Positions 19,140 to 29,700 of a DNA stretch of 64,000 nt are shown one piece after another; position 1 is the first letter of the stretch; each line of letters begins with the position of its first letter. Below the pieces are notes generated by a model. The model saw only the letters and a list, made by a program, of their open reading frames with translations. It did no database searches and was not told the origin of the DNA. Origin of the DNA: Flavipsychrobacter sp. (GTDB taxonomy: Bacteria; Bacteroidota; Bacteroidia; Chitinophagales; Chitinophagaceae); contig JAJNBJ010000002.1 of assembly GCA_021155965.1 (NCBI GenBank), positions 260,289 to 324,288 on the forward strand, given 5' to 3'. A program made the position numbers and the translations under genes.

Positions 19140-19469
19140 ATGTATAACGAACGGCATTTATTACTGATAGACAAGGCGAACAATTACATTACCCGCCTGA
19201 ACGAGAAGGAATATACACCTGATGGGAAGGCTGCAACTGCGTTACTCTACCAGATAGATACCATGATCTATGGGTTATCGGGTATCAATACTACTGACTG
19301 GCAGGGGTTCCTGAAAACGTTTAAAGAGATCAAATACCTTTTGCGCATCCATTCCCGGGATGAGAGCGTAAAGAAAGCGAATTACGACAAGTCTATCGCC
19401 GATACACTGGAGACACTTGAAAAATACGTTGGCTACCTGCAATCTACGCTGCAGGCAGAACCTATCTAA
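19140..19469 (+). CDS. Hypothetical helical protein, paralogue of 17945-18292
   Basis: 109 aa; shared motifs with the 115-aa protein (see that entry). Confidence 0.6.
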   Translation: MYNERHLLLIDKANNYITRLNEKEYTPDGKAATALLYQIDTMIYGLSGINTTDWQGFLKTFKEIKYLLRIHSRDESVKKANYDKSIADTLETLEKYVGYLQSTLQAEPI

Positions 19470-19489
19470 GCATACTAATCTATGTAAAA

Positions 19490-19520
19490 AGCAGGCAGCA
19501 GTAATGTTGCCTGCTTTTTA
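19490..19520 (+). terminator. Intrinsic terminator after the csp-NYN cluster
   Basis: Stem agcaggca/tgcctgct (19490-19497 / 19508-19515) followed by TTTTT. Confidence 0.7.
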
Positions 19521-19606
19521 TTTGAATAAATTACAAAAAATGATAAAATTCGTCTTCCTTATAATTTATTTTTAGGTTTACCTAATTTTATTTTATCTTT
19601 GCGCCT

Positions 19607-20797
19607 ATGAAACGAATCATTATACTATTCTTCATAGGGCTTATGGCTGTTTTATCCTGTCGGAAAATGCAGCCTAAAGCTTCGGCTGACGACCAGATAC
19701 TGGACGGGCCTGTGGAAGGATTGACTGCGGAGGAAAAGCTGCAATTCATAAGGGGTGACGTGGCGTTTAATGATGAGGTGTTTACTGCAGAAACAGGATT
19801 GGGGCCGTTGTTTGTGTCCACTTCGTGCGGTAATTGCCATGCAGGTGATGGCAAGGGGCATCCATTCACTACACTTACCCGCTTCGGGCAAACAGACAGT
19901 ACCGGGAATAAGTTCCTGCACATGGGCGCGCCACAGTTACAGAACAGGGCGGTCATCAATTTTATGCCCGAGCAAATACCTGCAGGTGCAGCATCTACGA
20001 GGTTAACCCCACCCGCAAATACGGGCATGGGTTTTCTTGATGCCGTAAGCGATGCAGATATACTTGCAATGGCTGACCCTAACGATGCCGATGGCGATGG
20101 CATAAGCGGCGTACCTAACTGGATTCATTTTAAAGATTACCTCCATGAACGCACTGGTATCATCACCAGCGGCGGAAGATGCATAGGCCGGTTCGGGAAA
20201 AAAAGCGGGGCATATGACCTGCTGCAACAAACTGCTGGCGCTTATAACCAGGATATGGGCATCACATCCACTTATGAGCCTTATGATACTTACAGCGGAC
20301 ATGAGATAGACCCGGAAGTATCGAACCAAACACTATTGGATGTGGTATTGTATCTAAAGACCTTAAAAGCACCTGTGCAGCGTAATATAGACGACCCTAC
20401 TGTAATAAAAGGCAAACAAGTGTTCATGCAGATAGATTGCGGCAAATGCCATGTACCTGAATTAAGGACAAGCGCATCGCCGATAGCAGCACTGGCATTC
20501 AAAGCGTTCTCTCCGTATACCGACCTGCTACTGCACGATATGGGCCCGGGACTTGATGATGGCTATACAGAAGGTAATGCCAAAACTAATGAATGGCGCA
20601 CACCTGCACTATGGGGGCTGGGGTTATCTAAAAACTCCCAGGGAGGGCAATACTTCCTGCTGCATGATGGCAGGGCAAGAACTATTGAACAGGCTATTGA
20701 GCTGCATGGCGGAGAAGCAAAGAACAGCGTTGGTAAATACTTCAGCCTTTCGGGACAGGACAAACAAGCATTAATTAAATTCCTGGAAAGCCTGTAG
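19607..20797 (+). CDS. Di-haem cytochrome c oxidoreductase-family lipoprotein (DUF1111-like)
   Basis: 396 aa; lipobox ..AVLSC; two CxxCH motifs (CGNCH, CGKCH); TATCTTTG box at 19594-19601 just upstream. Confidence 0.8.
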   Translation: MKRIIILFFIGLMAVLSCRKMQPKASADDQILDGPVEGLTAEEKLQFIRGDVAFNDEVFTAETGLGPLFVSTSCGNCHAGDGKGHPFTTLTRFGQTDSTGNKFLHMGAPQLQNRAVINFMPEQIPAGAASTRLTPPANTGMGFLDAVSDADILAMADPNDADGDGISGVPNWIHFKDYLHERTGIITSGGRCIGRFGKKSGAYDLLQQTAGAYNQDMGITSTYEPYDTYSGHEIDPEVSNQTLLDVVLYLKTLKAPVQRNIDDPTVIKGKQVFMQIDCGKCHVPELRTSASPIAALAFKAFSPYTDLLLHDMGPGLDDGYTEGNAKTNEWRTPALWGLGLSKNSQGGQYFLLHDGRARTIEQAIELHGGEAKNSVGKYFSLSGQDKQALIKFLESL

Positions 20798-20798
20798 C

Positions 20799-21236
20799 AT
20801 GGACCGTAGAAAGTTTATTAAAGCAGGTTGCATTTCTTGTGTCAGCGTGAGCTTGTTAAGCACGCTGGTGCAAAGCTGTAAGTCTGTAAAGTATGTATCA
20901 GGAAATATGGAAGCAAACGGCATTTCCGTGAGCCTGAAAGATTTTGAAACAAAAAACGGGCAGCGGCCATATGTGATAGTGCAGCACCCGGATATGCAAT
21001 ATCCGATCTGTGTTTACAACACCGGAAATAATAATTATAGTGCACTGCTGATGCGCTGCACACACCAGGGAGCTGAACTTCAGGTATCGGGCGACCAGCT
21101 TACCTGCCCTGCCCATGGCAGTGCTTTTGACAAATACGGGAAAGTACTGCAATCGCCGGCGGCCGAGAACCTGCGCACATTCCCTGTTTCTGTTGCAGAA
21201 CAATCTCTATTAATTGACCTAAGAAAGAAATCATGA
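20799..21236 (+). CDS. Rieske [2Fe-2S] protein with Tat-type signal
   Basis: 145 aa; MDRRKFIKAG twin-arginine signal; CTHQG...CPAHGS Rieske motifs; 1-nt gap from the upstream gene. Confidence 0.85.
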   Translation: MDRRKFIKAGCISCVSVSLLSTLVQSCKSVKYVSGNMEANGISVSLKDFETKNGQRPYVIVQHPDMQYPICVYNTGNNNYSALLMRCTHQGAELQVSGDQLTCPAHGSAFDKYGKVLQSPAAENLRTFPVSVAEQSLLIDLRKKS

Positions 21237-22459
21237 TGCGAATATTATTTTTTGTGGCCTTCATTTTTACAACATACGCTGCAACTGCGCAGATAGACAG
21301 TACTCTGCTGAGGAGGAAGCCCATGGATAGCAGCAGCAAAAACATGAACATGGACGCGATATACAATCGTCCGTTTCTTTCAATTGGTAAGCTGCCTGTG
21401 GCGCTTGGCGGCTATGTAGAAGCTAACTGGCAGCACTTAGGTACCGATGGCGTGACCGAAGGTCACCAGTTCCAGATGCGCAGGATGACATTGTTTATAG
21501 CATCAAGCATTTACAGGAGGATAAAATTCCTGTCGGAGATAGAGTTTGAGGATGGTACAAAAGAGATCAATATTGAATTTGCTGCAGTGGATATAGAATT
21601 TCACCCGCTGTTCAATGTAAGAGGTGGTATCGTTATGAACCCGATAGGCGCTTTCAACCAGAACCATGACGGCCCGAAATGGGAATTCATTGACAGGCCG
21701 GTATCTGCCACACAAATGCTGCCTGCAACATGGAGTAATGTAGGTTTTGGCATCTATGGCAAGAAGTATGACAAAAACTGGGTAATAGGCTATGAAGCCT
21801 ATCTCACCAATGGTTTTAATAACAGGATCATTGACAATGGAGATGGCCGCACATCGCTGCCCGCTGCAAAAGAAGACCTTGACCGATTTGAGGAAAGCTT
21901 TAATGGCGTTCCATTAGTAACTGCCAAAGCAGCAGTACGCCACCAAAAGATAGCTGAGGTTGGCATTTCTTATATGGGTGGTGTGTATAATAAATTTGAA
22001 GACGATGGTATTACCCTAGACAAAAGGCGCAGGGTGGATGTATATGCAATTGATGCCAACGCCACATTGCCCAAAATAAAAACCTACATCACCGGAGAAT
22101 GGGCATGGATAAATGTAGACGTGCCAGCAACTTATACACAGCAGTATGGCAATAAGCAAATGGGCGGGTTCCTGGATATTGTGCAGCCTGTATGCCAGCG
22201 GCCTGTTTTGGGTTTCGATAAGTCTGTCATCAATCTCGCATGCAGGTTTGAATATGTGGACTGGAATGTAGGTAAGTTCCAATCTACAGGCGGGGATATT
22301 GCCGATAACTTTATGGCAGTGGTGCCTGCAATTAGCTGGCGCATTACACCCCAAACAGTTATACGTATCAATTACCGGTATAACTGGCAGGCAGATCTAC
22401 TGGGCAATCCGTACGCAAAAACAGCTGGTTTCCAGGCAGGTTTCTCCAGTTATTTCTAA
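21233..22459 (+). CDS. Outer-membrane beta-barrel (porin-like) protein
   Basis: 408 aa; signal peptide, alternating beta-strand pattern, C-terminal ..GFSSYF; ATGA overlap with the Rieske gene. Confidence 0.6.
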   Translation: MMRILFFVAFIFTTYAATAQIDSTLLRRKPMDSSSKNMNMDAIYNRPFLSIGKLPVALGGYVEANWQHLGTDGVTEGHQFQMRRMTLFIASSIYRRIKFLSEIEFEDGTKEINIEFAAVDIEFHPLFNVRGGIVMNPIGAFNQNHDGPKWEFIDRPVSATQMLPATWSNVGFGIYGKKYDKNWVIGYEAYLTNGFNNRIIDNGDGRTSLPAAKEDLDRFEESFNGVPLVTAKAAVRHQKIAEVGISYMGGVYNKFEDDGITLDKRRRVDVYAIDANATLPKIKTYITGEWAWINVDVPATYTQQYGNKQMGGFLDIVQPVCQRPVLGFDKSVINLACRFEYVDWNVGKFQSTGGDIADNFMAVVPAISWRITPQTVIRINYRYNWQADLLGNPYAKTAGFQAGFSSYF

Positions 22460-22631
22460 CTTTTTTATTAACTATATAATATAATTGTTTAATTTTTAAA
22501 CTGTAAATGAGGTAGTTATAGTTGTACTAATGCTTTTAATACAACTAATAAAAAAATATTTTTTAAATAACATCTGTACTATTTCCTTTTTAAAGGCTGG
22601 ATATTATTTTTATAGTCCTTCAACAATTTTT

Positions 22632-23627
22632 ATGAGGACCAGAATATTTTTATTGAAAGCCTCATGCATTCTTCTATCTGCATTCCTCATTTGTGGCAAT
22701 ACTGCCCCGCTGGCTTTTTGCCAGCAAATGGTGGCAAGCATAAGCATATCTCAGCCTGAATTTATTACAGGCCTGGAGATGGCATTGCACTACAAAAAGG
22801 AAGTGATCATCAATATTATCCAGCCTGTTAAACCCCAAACACAAAAAAGCCTTGAAACACCCAGTGAAGTATCAGTAAACCAGGCAATATCGCAAATTGC
22901 TTCTACTGCTAAAAATCCATCTCTTCTTGTGGATGTGCCAGTTCCTGCAATTAATAAGGATCCTGCCGACAGCATACGTGCTGAGGTAACAAAAAATGCA
23001 GATATACCGGCAGATCAACCTACAGCAATTGATAATAAAGAACCTGCGCCGGATGTAGTTGATACCAAACCAATATCAGTGCCTTCGAAGGGAACGACAA
23101 TAATTACAATTAATGAAACGCATCCAAGCTTTAACGATCCTGCTTCGCTGATAGAAGAAATGACCGACCCGGTTATTGGAAAGTATGCGGATATGATAAG
23201 TGTAGAGCCATCTGATATTTCCAATTATCCCTTGTATAGGTTCATTGATAAGTGGTATGGCACAAGGTACAAATGGGGCGGCAAAAGCCTGAAGGGGATC
23301 GATTGTTCAGCATTCTCGCAAAAGTTATACGGCCAGGTTTACAATACAGACCTGATGCGTACATCTAAAGAGCAACACAAGCATTGCGACCGTTTCAAAA
23401 ATATTGACGAAGCGAGTGAGGGCGACCTGATCTTTTTCCGTATCAACAGGATACGCATATCTCATGTGGGTGTTTACCTTGCCAACGGATATTTCGTGCA
23501 TGCTTCAAGAAAACAGGGTGTAATGATCAGCAACCTTGACAATAAATACTGGCACCGGCGCTATGCAGGCTGCGGCAGAGTGGAAAGAACTGAAGATACC
23601 CCTGCCGAATCAGATTTTACTCCGTAA
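22632..23627 (+). CDS. C40 (NlpC/P60) family peptidase with long low-complexity linker
   Basis: From ATG 22632 (MRTRIFLLKASC..); YKWGGKSLKGIDCSAF catalytic Cys motif and ISHVGVYL..GYFVHAS His motif. Confidence 0.85.
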   Translation: MRTRIFLLKASCILLSAFLICGNTAPLAFCQQMVASISISQPEFITGLEMALHYKKEVIINIIQPVKPQTQKSLETPSEVSVNQAISQIASTAKNPSLLVDVPVPAINKDPADSIRAEVTKNADIPADQPTAIDNKEPAPDVVDTKPISVPSKGTTIITINETHPSFNDPASLIEEMTDPVIGKYADMISVEPSDISNYPLYRFIDKWYGTRYKWGGKSLKGIDCSAFSQKLYGQVYNTDLMRTSKEQHKHCDRFKNIDEASEGDLIFFRINRIRISHVGVYLANGYFVHASRKQGVMISNLDNKYWHRRYAGCGRVERTEDTPAESDFTP

Positions 23628-23750
23628 TCTGTTTTCGATGTATTTATCGAAGCCCACTGAATACGGGACGAAATATCAATACAGTATACCTAGCTTCTTT
23701 ACTAGCGATGATAGTTTCATTGATTCAAAAGAAGTGAGTGCTAACCCGGC

Positions 23751-26700
23751 TTACCTTTCTACCACGATCCGTAATACCATATACTCTTTTGCAGACCTGA
23801 CAGCAACAAAGTACAAGCCACTTGCAATCTTGTCAAGCTGCACGATCTCCTCAATCCTGCTGTTGTAAACTGTTGTGTATGCATTATACACTACCCTGCT
23901 GTGCATATCCGTTACCTGCAAGCACACTTCCTCGCCTTCTGCTAATGAGCCGAATGCTCCACTGACAGTGAATGTTCCTTTGTTAGGACTAGGATACGCC
24001 CAGATATTCCCTGTGTTGTATTGTGCTATACTCAATGCATTGCATTCGCTTAACGGGATTACCTTGACTGGCAGCATGGCTGCTGCGCTGCAGCCGTCCC
24101 TGGTGACGGTATAGTACACAGTATCGATCCCTACCGACAAACCAGAAACAATACCCGAGGTTGATATGCTTGCATTGGCATTGCTTACGTTCCATACACC
24201 GCCTGCTGCTGTGTCTGCCAGTGCGACTATTGCGCCTACACATACACTGTCTGTACCGGTTATCACACCAGGCGATGGCGTTTGGTTCACTGTGAGTACA
24301 TGCAGAGCTTTCGCTGTGCCGCACACATTGGCAACCAAATACTTTATTGTATCAATACCGGCTCCTACTGCGTATACTACCCCAGTTACAGAGCCAACAG
24401 TTGCCACAGAAGGCATACTGCTGCTCCAAACACCACTAGCTGAACTGCCCACATTGGTAAGTGTAGTTGAATTACCCGAACAAACCATACCAGCGCCGGC
24501 TATCGTTCCTGCGTTTGGGAACGTGCTTACGGTTATTAGCGTATCTACCTTGCAGCCAGTTGGTAATGTATAGACTATAGTGCTGACGCCACCTGTCATG
24601 CCTGACATAAGGCCCGATCCAGAACCTATTGTTGCAACTGATGTATTACTGCTGCTCCATGTGCCGCCTGCGGCGATATTGGTGAGCGTTGTGGTTGAGG
24701 CTGAGCAGATGCTTATTGTGCCATTAATAACGTTTGGCAGCGGGTTGACAGTAACTACACTGGTTGCTGTGCAGCCAAGACCTGTCAGTGTGTAGGTTAT
24801 TGTACCAGTTCCCGGAGAAAAGGCTGTTACAATACCATCGCCACTGCTTATGGTGGTAACAGTTACCAGTGTACTGCTATAACTGCCCAATGGGTTGGCA
24901 TTGTGTATCATTATCGTATCGCCCCACGCACAAAGGCTATGCACGTTCTCTATGACCGGTACCGCGACTACACTCAGCGTATAGGTAGCTGCGCAGCCAG
25001 TCGGAATCGTATAGCTAATGATCGCTGCTCCACCGGCAGTACCGGTTACCATACCTGTTACGGAATTAATAGTTGCAAAGGCTGTTGCACTGCTCCAGGC
25101 CCCACCTGTCGAACTTGTGCTGAGCGCAACAGAGCTGCCTAGGCAAACGTTGGCTGCCCCCGTTATGCTGGATGGCAGTGGGTTTACAGTAATGAATTTC
25201 GTTACCGCACATCCAACACCCAGGGAATAGGTTATAGTAGCACCTCCAACTACCAACCCACTTACAGTGCCTGTAGCAGAACCTACTGCCGCTACCACCG
25301 GGTTACTGCTGCTCCATATACCACCTGCGGTCGCATCTGTAAGTGTTGCAGTACTACCAACGCAAACACTATTTGTCCCGCTGATGGCTGCAGGCACAGA
25401 TGTAACAGTCACTATCGTTGTAGTTGCACAACCTGTTGTAGGGTTTGTATAAGTTATTATTGCAGTACCAATACCACTCCCGATTACTATACCCGACGAT
25501 GAACCCACGCCAGCTATAGCTGTATTACCACTTCTCCAAACGCCGCCTGTTGTGCCGCTGCTGAGGATCACCGAAGTGCCCACACATGTACCGGTGGTTC
25601 CTGTGATCGGGAATGGCAGGGCATAAACAGTCAAAATTCTGGTGGTCGTGCAGCCTGTGCCCAGTGAATAGGTAATGATGGTTGTGCCGGGGCTTATGCC
25701 CGTCACTATACCGGTACTGCTGCCAATAGTAGCTATACCGGCACTGCTGCTGCTCCACGTGCCGCTGCCGGTTGCCGATGTTAGTGTGGAGGTCAGCGAC
25801 TGGCATATCGACGCAGCGCCTGTTATTGACCCGGGACCACTATTCACAGTGATCATCCTTGTAGCATAACATCCTGTGGGAAGAGTATAAGTGATAGTTG
25901 CAGTGCCGCCCGTTATTCCGTTCACCAATCCTGTTGTTAAACCCACTGAGGCAATAGTAAGTGCGCTGCTACTCCATGTGCCGCCAGGCGTGGTATTACT
26001 GAGCGTGGTGGCACCGCCTCCACACAGTGCTGATGCCCCGCTGATAGTACCTGGGTGGGTGTTAACAGTTATCAACCTCGTTGTAATGCAGCCTGCACCC
26101 ATTGAGTAAGTGATCGTTGCAGTGCCGGTTGTCATGCCGGTCACTGTTCCACTGCTGCTACCAATGGGTGCTATACTTGGATGACTGCTGCTCCAAAACC
26201 CACCGCCGGTTGTTGTGGTGAGCGTAGCGTTTTGCGTTTGGCATACTGCTGTTGTGCCGGTGATCGCTCCGGGCCCACTGCTCACTGTGATGGTCCTTAT
26301 TGCCATACAGCCCAGGGGTAAAGTATATGTTATAGTGGCAGTGCCTGTTGCAATTCCGCTCACAACACCGCTGCTGCTGCCAATGGTTGCAACAGTTGGT
26401 GTGCTGCTTATCCATGTACCTCCCAGGGTACTTGCCTCGGTTATCATTGACCCTGCGCATACTGCCGATGGCCCGGTAATAACAGGTAGGGGAATAATTA
26501 TGATCGAAACACTGCCGCTCATACCGGAGGTACAGCCTGCAGCACCGGTTGCTGTAACTGAATAGGTTCCTGCAGCGGTCAGCAAGCCAAAATCAAGGCT
26601 TCCACCCAAACTGGTCAATGGCATGCCAACTGCAGTTGCACCCATGTATAACTGATAACTAACTCCGCTGCTTGAACCACTCAATCCCACGTGCATCCCC

Positions 26701-29700
26701 GATCCGCCTGTGCAATAAGGCCCACCGCCGGTAACAGTAAAAGAGGTTGGCGCAGGGCTCACTGTTACAGCCGCAGTTGCACTACAGCCTGTTCCTATAG
26801 AATAAGTGATCGTGGCCATTCCTGCAGTTATACCGCTAATGGAGCCTGTGACACTGCCTATAGCGGCTACATAAGGATTACTGCTGCTCCACGTACCGCC
26901 GGGCGTAAGGCTGGTCAATGTTGACATAGCGCCAATGCACAATTGTAAACTACCGGTAATTGTACCAGGTATTGTGTTTACCGAGATCGTTTTAGTTGAA
27001 AAGCAACCGGTAGGCAGCCGGTAAGTGAGAATGGTAGTTCCGGTGGCAACACCTGTAATTACCCCACTGGCCGATCCCACATTTACATTGCTGCTGCTTC
27101 TGCTCCAGGTTCCACCCGAAGTACCATTGGTAAGTGTAGCACTGACGCCAATACATATTGTTGAAGTCCCCACTATTGCTGTGGGATTAGGATGAACAGT
27201 AACAGTCTTTGCGATACTGCAACCATTCGGTATTGTATAGGTGATGACGGTAGTTCCTGTTGTAATTCCGTTTACAACACCCGTACTGCTGCCAACTGTT
27301 GCAATGGCAGGCGAACCACTCGTCCATGTGCCGCCCCCTGTGGCCGAACCAAGCGCGGTAAACGTACCGGGACACGCTGTTAAAGTACCTGTTATTGCGG
27401 CAGGGGCAGGATCAACTGTCAGCGCCGCCATTACCCTGCATGAACCCGTGGCTATTGGAACAGTGTACGTTATCGTAGCAATACCTGACGAGCCGCCGGC
27501 AACAACACCCGTGGCTGCACCAATTGAGGCGATGGATGGATTGCTGCAACTCCATGTGCCGCCAGGCGTTGTATTAGCTAATGCAGTTAATGCACCGGGG
27601 CATACATTTAACGTGCCTGTGATCGGTGCTGGGCCTGTGCTGACCGTAACAGTTGCGGTTACTGTGCATCCAGACCCCATAGAATAAGTAATAACTGCGG
27701 TACCCGGGGCAATACCGGTATAGATACCCGTTGTCGGGTCAATAGTGGCAATAGCGGTTGCACCGCTGCTCCATACTCCGCCTGTTACGCCATTATACAA
27801 GACAGCGGTCGTTCCAACGCATGCTGTAGTAATACCGCTTATAGGAAACGGCGGAGGATTAACTGTCACCATTCGTGTGGCAGCGCAGCCTGTAAGCAAC
27901 GCATAAGAAATAACAGCAGTACCCAGCGACATTCCGGTAACGGCCCCTGTCAGCGGGTCTACATCTGCAATTCCCCTTGAACTGCTACTCCAACGGCCAC
28001 CTGTGGCGGAATTTGTCAGTACCGAAGTAAACCCAAAACAAACAAGCGACGAACCGGAGATAGGAGGTGGAATAGCATTTACTGTTACGGGTATCGTTCT
28101 GAAGCACCCCGTGGCAAGCGTATAGGTGATCGTGGCAGAACCAACCGTAACTCCCGAATACAAACCTGACGATGAACCTGCCCAAACTATGGCAGGGGCG
28201 CTGCTGGCCCAGGCGCCCCCGGGCGGCAACCCATAGAATCCCGTGGTGTCGTCGAAGCAATTATTATCAGGGCCGCTGATCGTTGGTAATGCGTTTATCG
28301 TCACATATCTTTCAGCAAAACAACCTGTGGGCAGTTGGTAGCTTATTGCAGCCGTGCCGCCCATCATCCCGGTAACAATACCCGATGACGAACCAATATC
28401 AGCGATGAGTGCATTGCCGCTTATCCACATACCCCCTGTTGCAGCAGTAGCTAATGTTGTAGAAGACCCTGCACAAACAACCCCGGTGCCCGTAATAGCA
28501 GCAGGCAGCGGATCTATGGTAATAGCATGTGTGCGCTTGCAACCTGTAGGTAAATTATACGTAATTGTGGCTGCGCCGGCAGCAATTCCTGATAAGGTAC
28601 CCGTTACAGAATCCATTGTAGCAACCCCCAGGCTACTGCTGCTCCATACTCCCCCGGCTGTGCTGCAGCTTAAAGCATCTGTTGCCCCGGCACACACATT
28701 TGCTGCTCCCGTGATTGCTACAGGCAATGGGCTTACTGTGATAACAACAGCCACGTAGCAGTTGGTGGAAGGTATCGTATACCTTATTGTGTCTGTACCG
28801 GTAGATAGTGGTGTTACAATGCCTGAAGAGGACCCTATTGTTGCAACAGCAGGGTTCCTGCTGCTCCATATTCCACCTGCAGAGGTATCTGTAAGTGTTG
28901 TGGCAGAGCCGATACATATATTGGGGCTACCCAGTATTGGCCCTATAGTTGTATAGGCATGCGCATGTATTGTATCGATCTTAAGCCCACAGCCGTTGTA
29001 TATCTTCACCCAGTAAGTGCCGGGGCCGGAGATAACACGGGTGCTGGTAGTAGCAATGCCGTCATCCCATATATATCCTGATCCGGTGAGCGAATCATGT
29101 GCTTTGATGGTTATGCTGGCGCCGGTGGGAAGACAGGCAATTGTATCGTGGCGCGAATAAGAGGTATCAGTCGGGAATATACCCACAATTGCATTGGTGA
29201 GACAATATATATTCTTCGCTCCTGTCGGCAAAGTAGTTACCGCAGGTGTAAAAGCGCAGGCGAATCCCGCTGAATTTGGCGAGCTGAAACAGTTGACCGT
29301 TACCGTATTGTAGGTACCGAAATAGATCTTATTATCAGGGGCAAGTTTGGGTTCTGTGAATGCACCGGATGCAACCGTGGTCCTGGAACCCGCTATAGCG
29401 GCAGTGGTCGAAAGGGAAAGGTTGTACTGGTACATGTTTGAAGCAATGCCACACACATACAGTTTACTGTTATCCGGCGAAAATTCAGCACCGTAGTGGT
29501 CCGTAGCAGTGCTAAGTACCTGGTTGTTGTAAACCTGCCCTGTGGCAGGGTCAAAATCATTCAGCTCAATACCTTTGTAAAAAGACAAATTGGCTATCTT
29601 TCTCCTGTTCGGGCTTATCCTCATACCACTGTAGGCATAACAACCACTGCCCGTGAAACTGCCCACATGGGAGATTACAGGAGTTGGATTGATACCAGCC

